DNA of 64,000 nt from the NCBI GenBank assembly GCA_001770655.1, contig MERQ01000068.1:17621-81620 (forward strand), written 5' to 3'. The notes beneath the pieces are model-generated. The model saw nothing but the letters and a program-made list of their open reading frames with translations, had not been told where the DNA came from and ran no database searches. The stretch is from Betaproteobacteria bacterium RIFCSPLOWO2_12_FULL_68_20 (lineage in GTDB: Bacteria > Pseudomonadota > Gammaproteobacteria > Burkholderiales > SG8-39). Numbering within the stretch: the first letter of the stretch is position 1; each line of letters begins with the position of its first letter. Both the position numbers and the translations under genes were made by a program. Below, piece by piece: positions 63,439 to 64,000 of this stretch.

Positions 63439-64000
63439 ATCGCTCTACGAGCGGGCGCTGAAGCGCATTCCCGCGGGAGTGAACTCTCCGGTGCGCGCCT
63501 TTCGGGCGGTGGGCGGGACGCCGCTCTTTTTCGAGCGTGCCTCGGGCGCCTATCTCTGGGACGTGGACGGCCGGCGCTACATCGACTACGTCGGCTCCTG
63601 GGGACCGATGGTCGCCGGGCACACGCACCCGGCGGTGGTCGAGGCGGTGCAGGAAGCCGCCTCGCGCGCGCTTTCCTTCGGCGCACCGACCGAGGCCGAG
63701 GTCGAGCTCGCCGAGGCGATCTGCCGCCTGGTCCCTTCGATCGAGCTGGTGCGCCTCGTCTCCTCGGGCACCGAGGCGACGATGACGGCGATCCGCCTGG
63801 CGCGCGGCTTCACCGGCAGGAGCCTGATCGTCAAGTTCGAGGGCTGCTACCACGGCCACGCCGACGCGTTGCTCGTCAAGGCCGGCTCCGGCGCGCTGAC
63901 GTTCGGAAATCCGAGCTCGGCCGGCGTACCCGCCGAAGTGGCCGCGCAAACAATCGTCCTCGATTACAACGACGCGCAAGGGGTGCGGAAGCTGTTCGAT
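63422..64000 (+). CDS. hemL: Glutamate-1-semialdehyde aminomutase (partial; runs off the window)
   Basis: My translation from ATG 63422: [31 protein letters not shown] and FEGCYHGH. Confidence 0.95.
   Translation, partial: MPSRSESLYERALKRIPAGVNSPVRAFRAVGGTPLFFERASGAYLWDVDGRRYIDYVGSWGPMVAGHTHPAVVEAVQEAASRALSFGAPTEAEVELAEAICRLVPSIELVRLVSSGTEATMTAIRLARGFTGRSLIVKFEGCYHGHADALLVKAGSGALTFGNPSSAGVPAEVAAQTIVLDYNDAQGVRKLFD

Overview
High-GC betaproteobacterial chromosomal segment, judged from gene order and protein types; the exact lineage cannot be fixed from sequence alone. It is mostly core housekeeping genes: tRNA-Arg(CCG), gshB with a regulatory PTS (EIIA/HPr/EI), a SAM-II riboswitch with metXW, ampG, xth/pyrE, gatCAB, mreBCD-mrdA-rodA, aceA-aceK, yggS-proC-yggT-yggU, pilT/pilU, nodIJ-like ABC transporter-hemJ-rlmL, ubiE-tim44-ubiJ-ubiB, phoBR, thrB, polA, rlpA-dac-dat-ybeD-lipBA, yqgE-ruvX-pyrR-pyrB-pyrC', rubredoxin and thiD-thiE-hemL (partial). 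I saw no CRISPR array, integrase or transposase. The most promising unexplained elements are: (1) a translationally coupled two-gene module (RHH-like DNA-binding protein plus a 65-aa coiled-coil protein) with its own sigma70 promoter and palindromic operator, inside a small islet between metW and ampG, which is a candidate uncharacterised toxin-antitoxin-like system; (2) a class II Fic-wHTH gene with a leaderless promoter overlapped by three direct repeats, followed by a probable type I restriction hsdR stub; (3) a sigma54/IHF-type promoter driving a secreted EF-hand+BON protein; and (4) two more genes reduced to N-terminal stubs (cytochrome c5 and an alpha/beta hydrolase). Product calls rest on my recognition of motifs and families; no database search was run.
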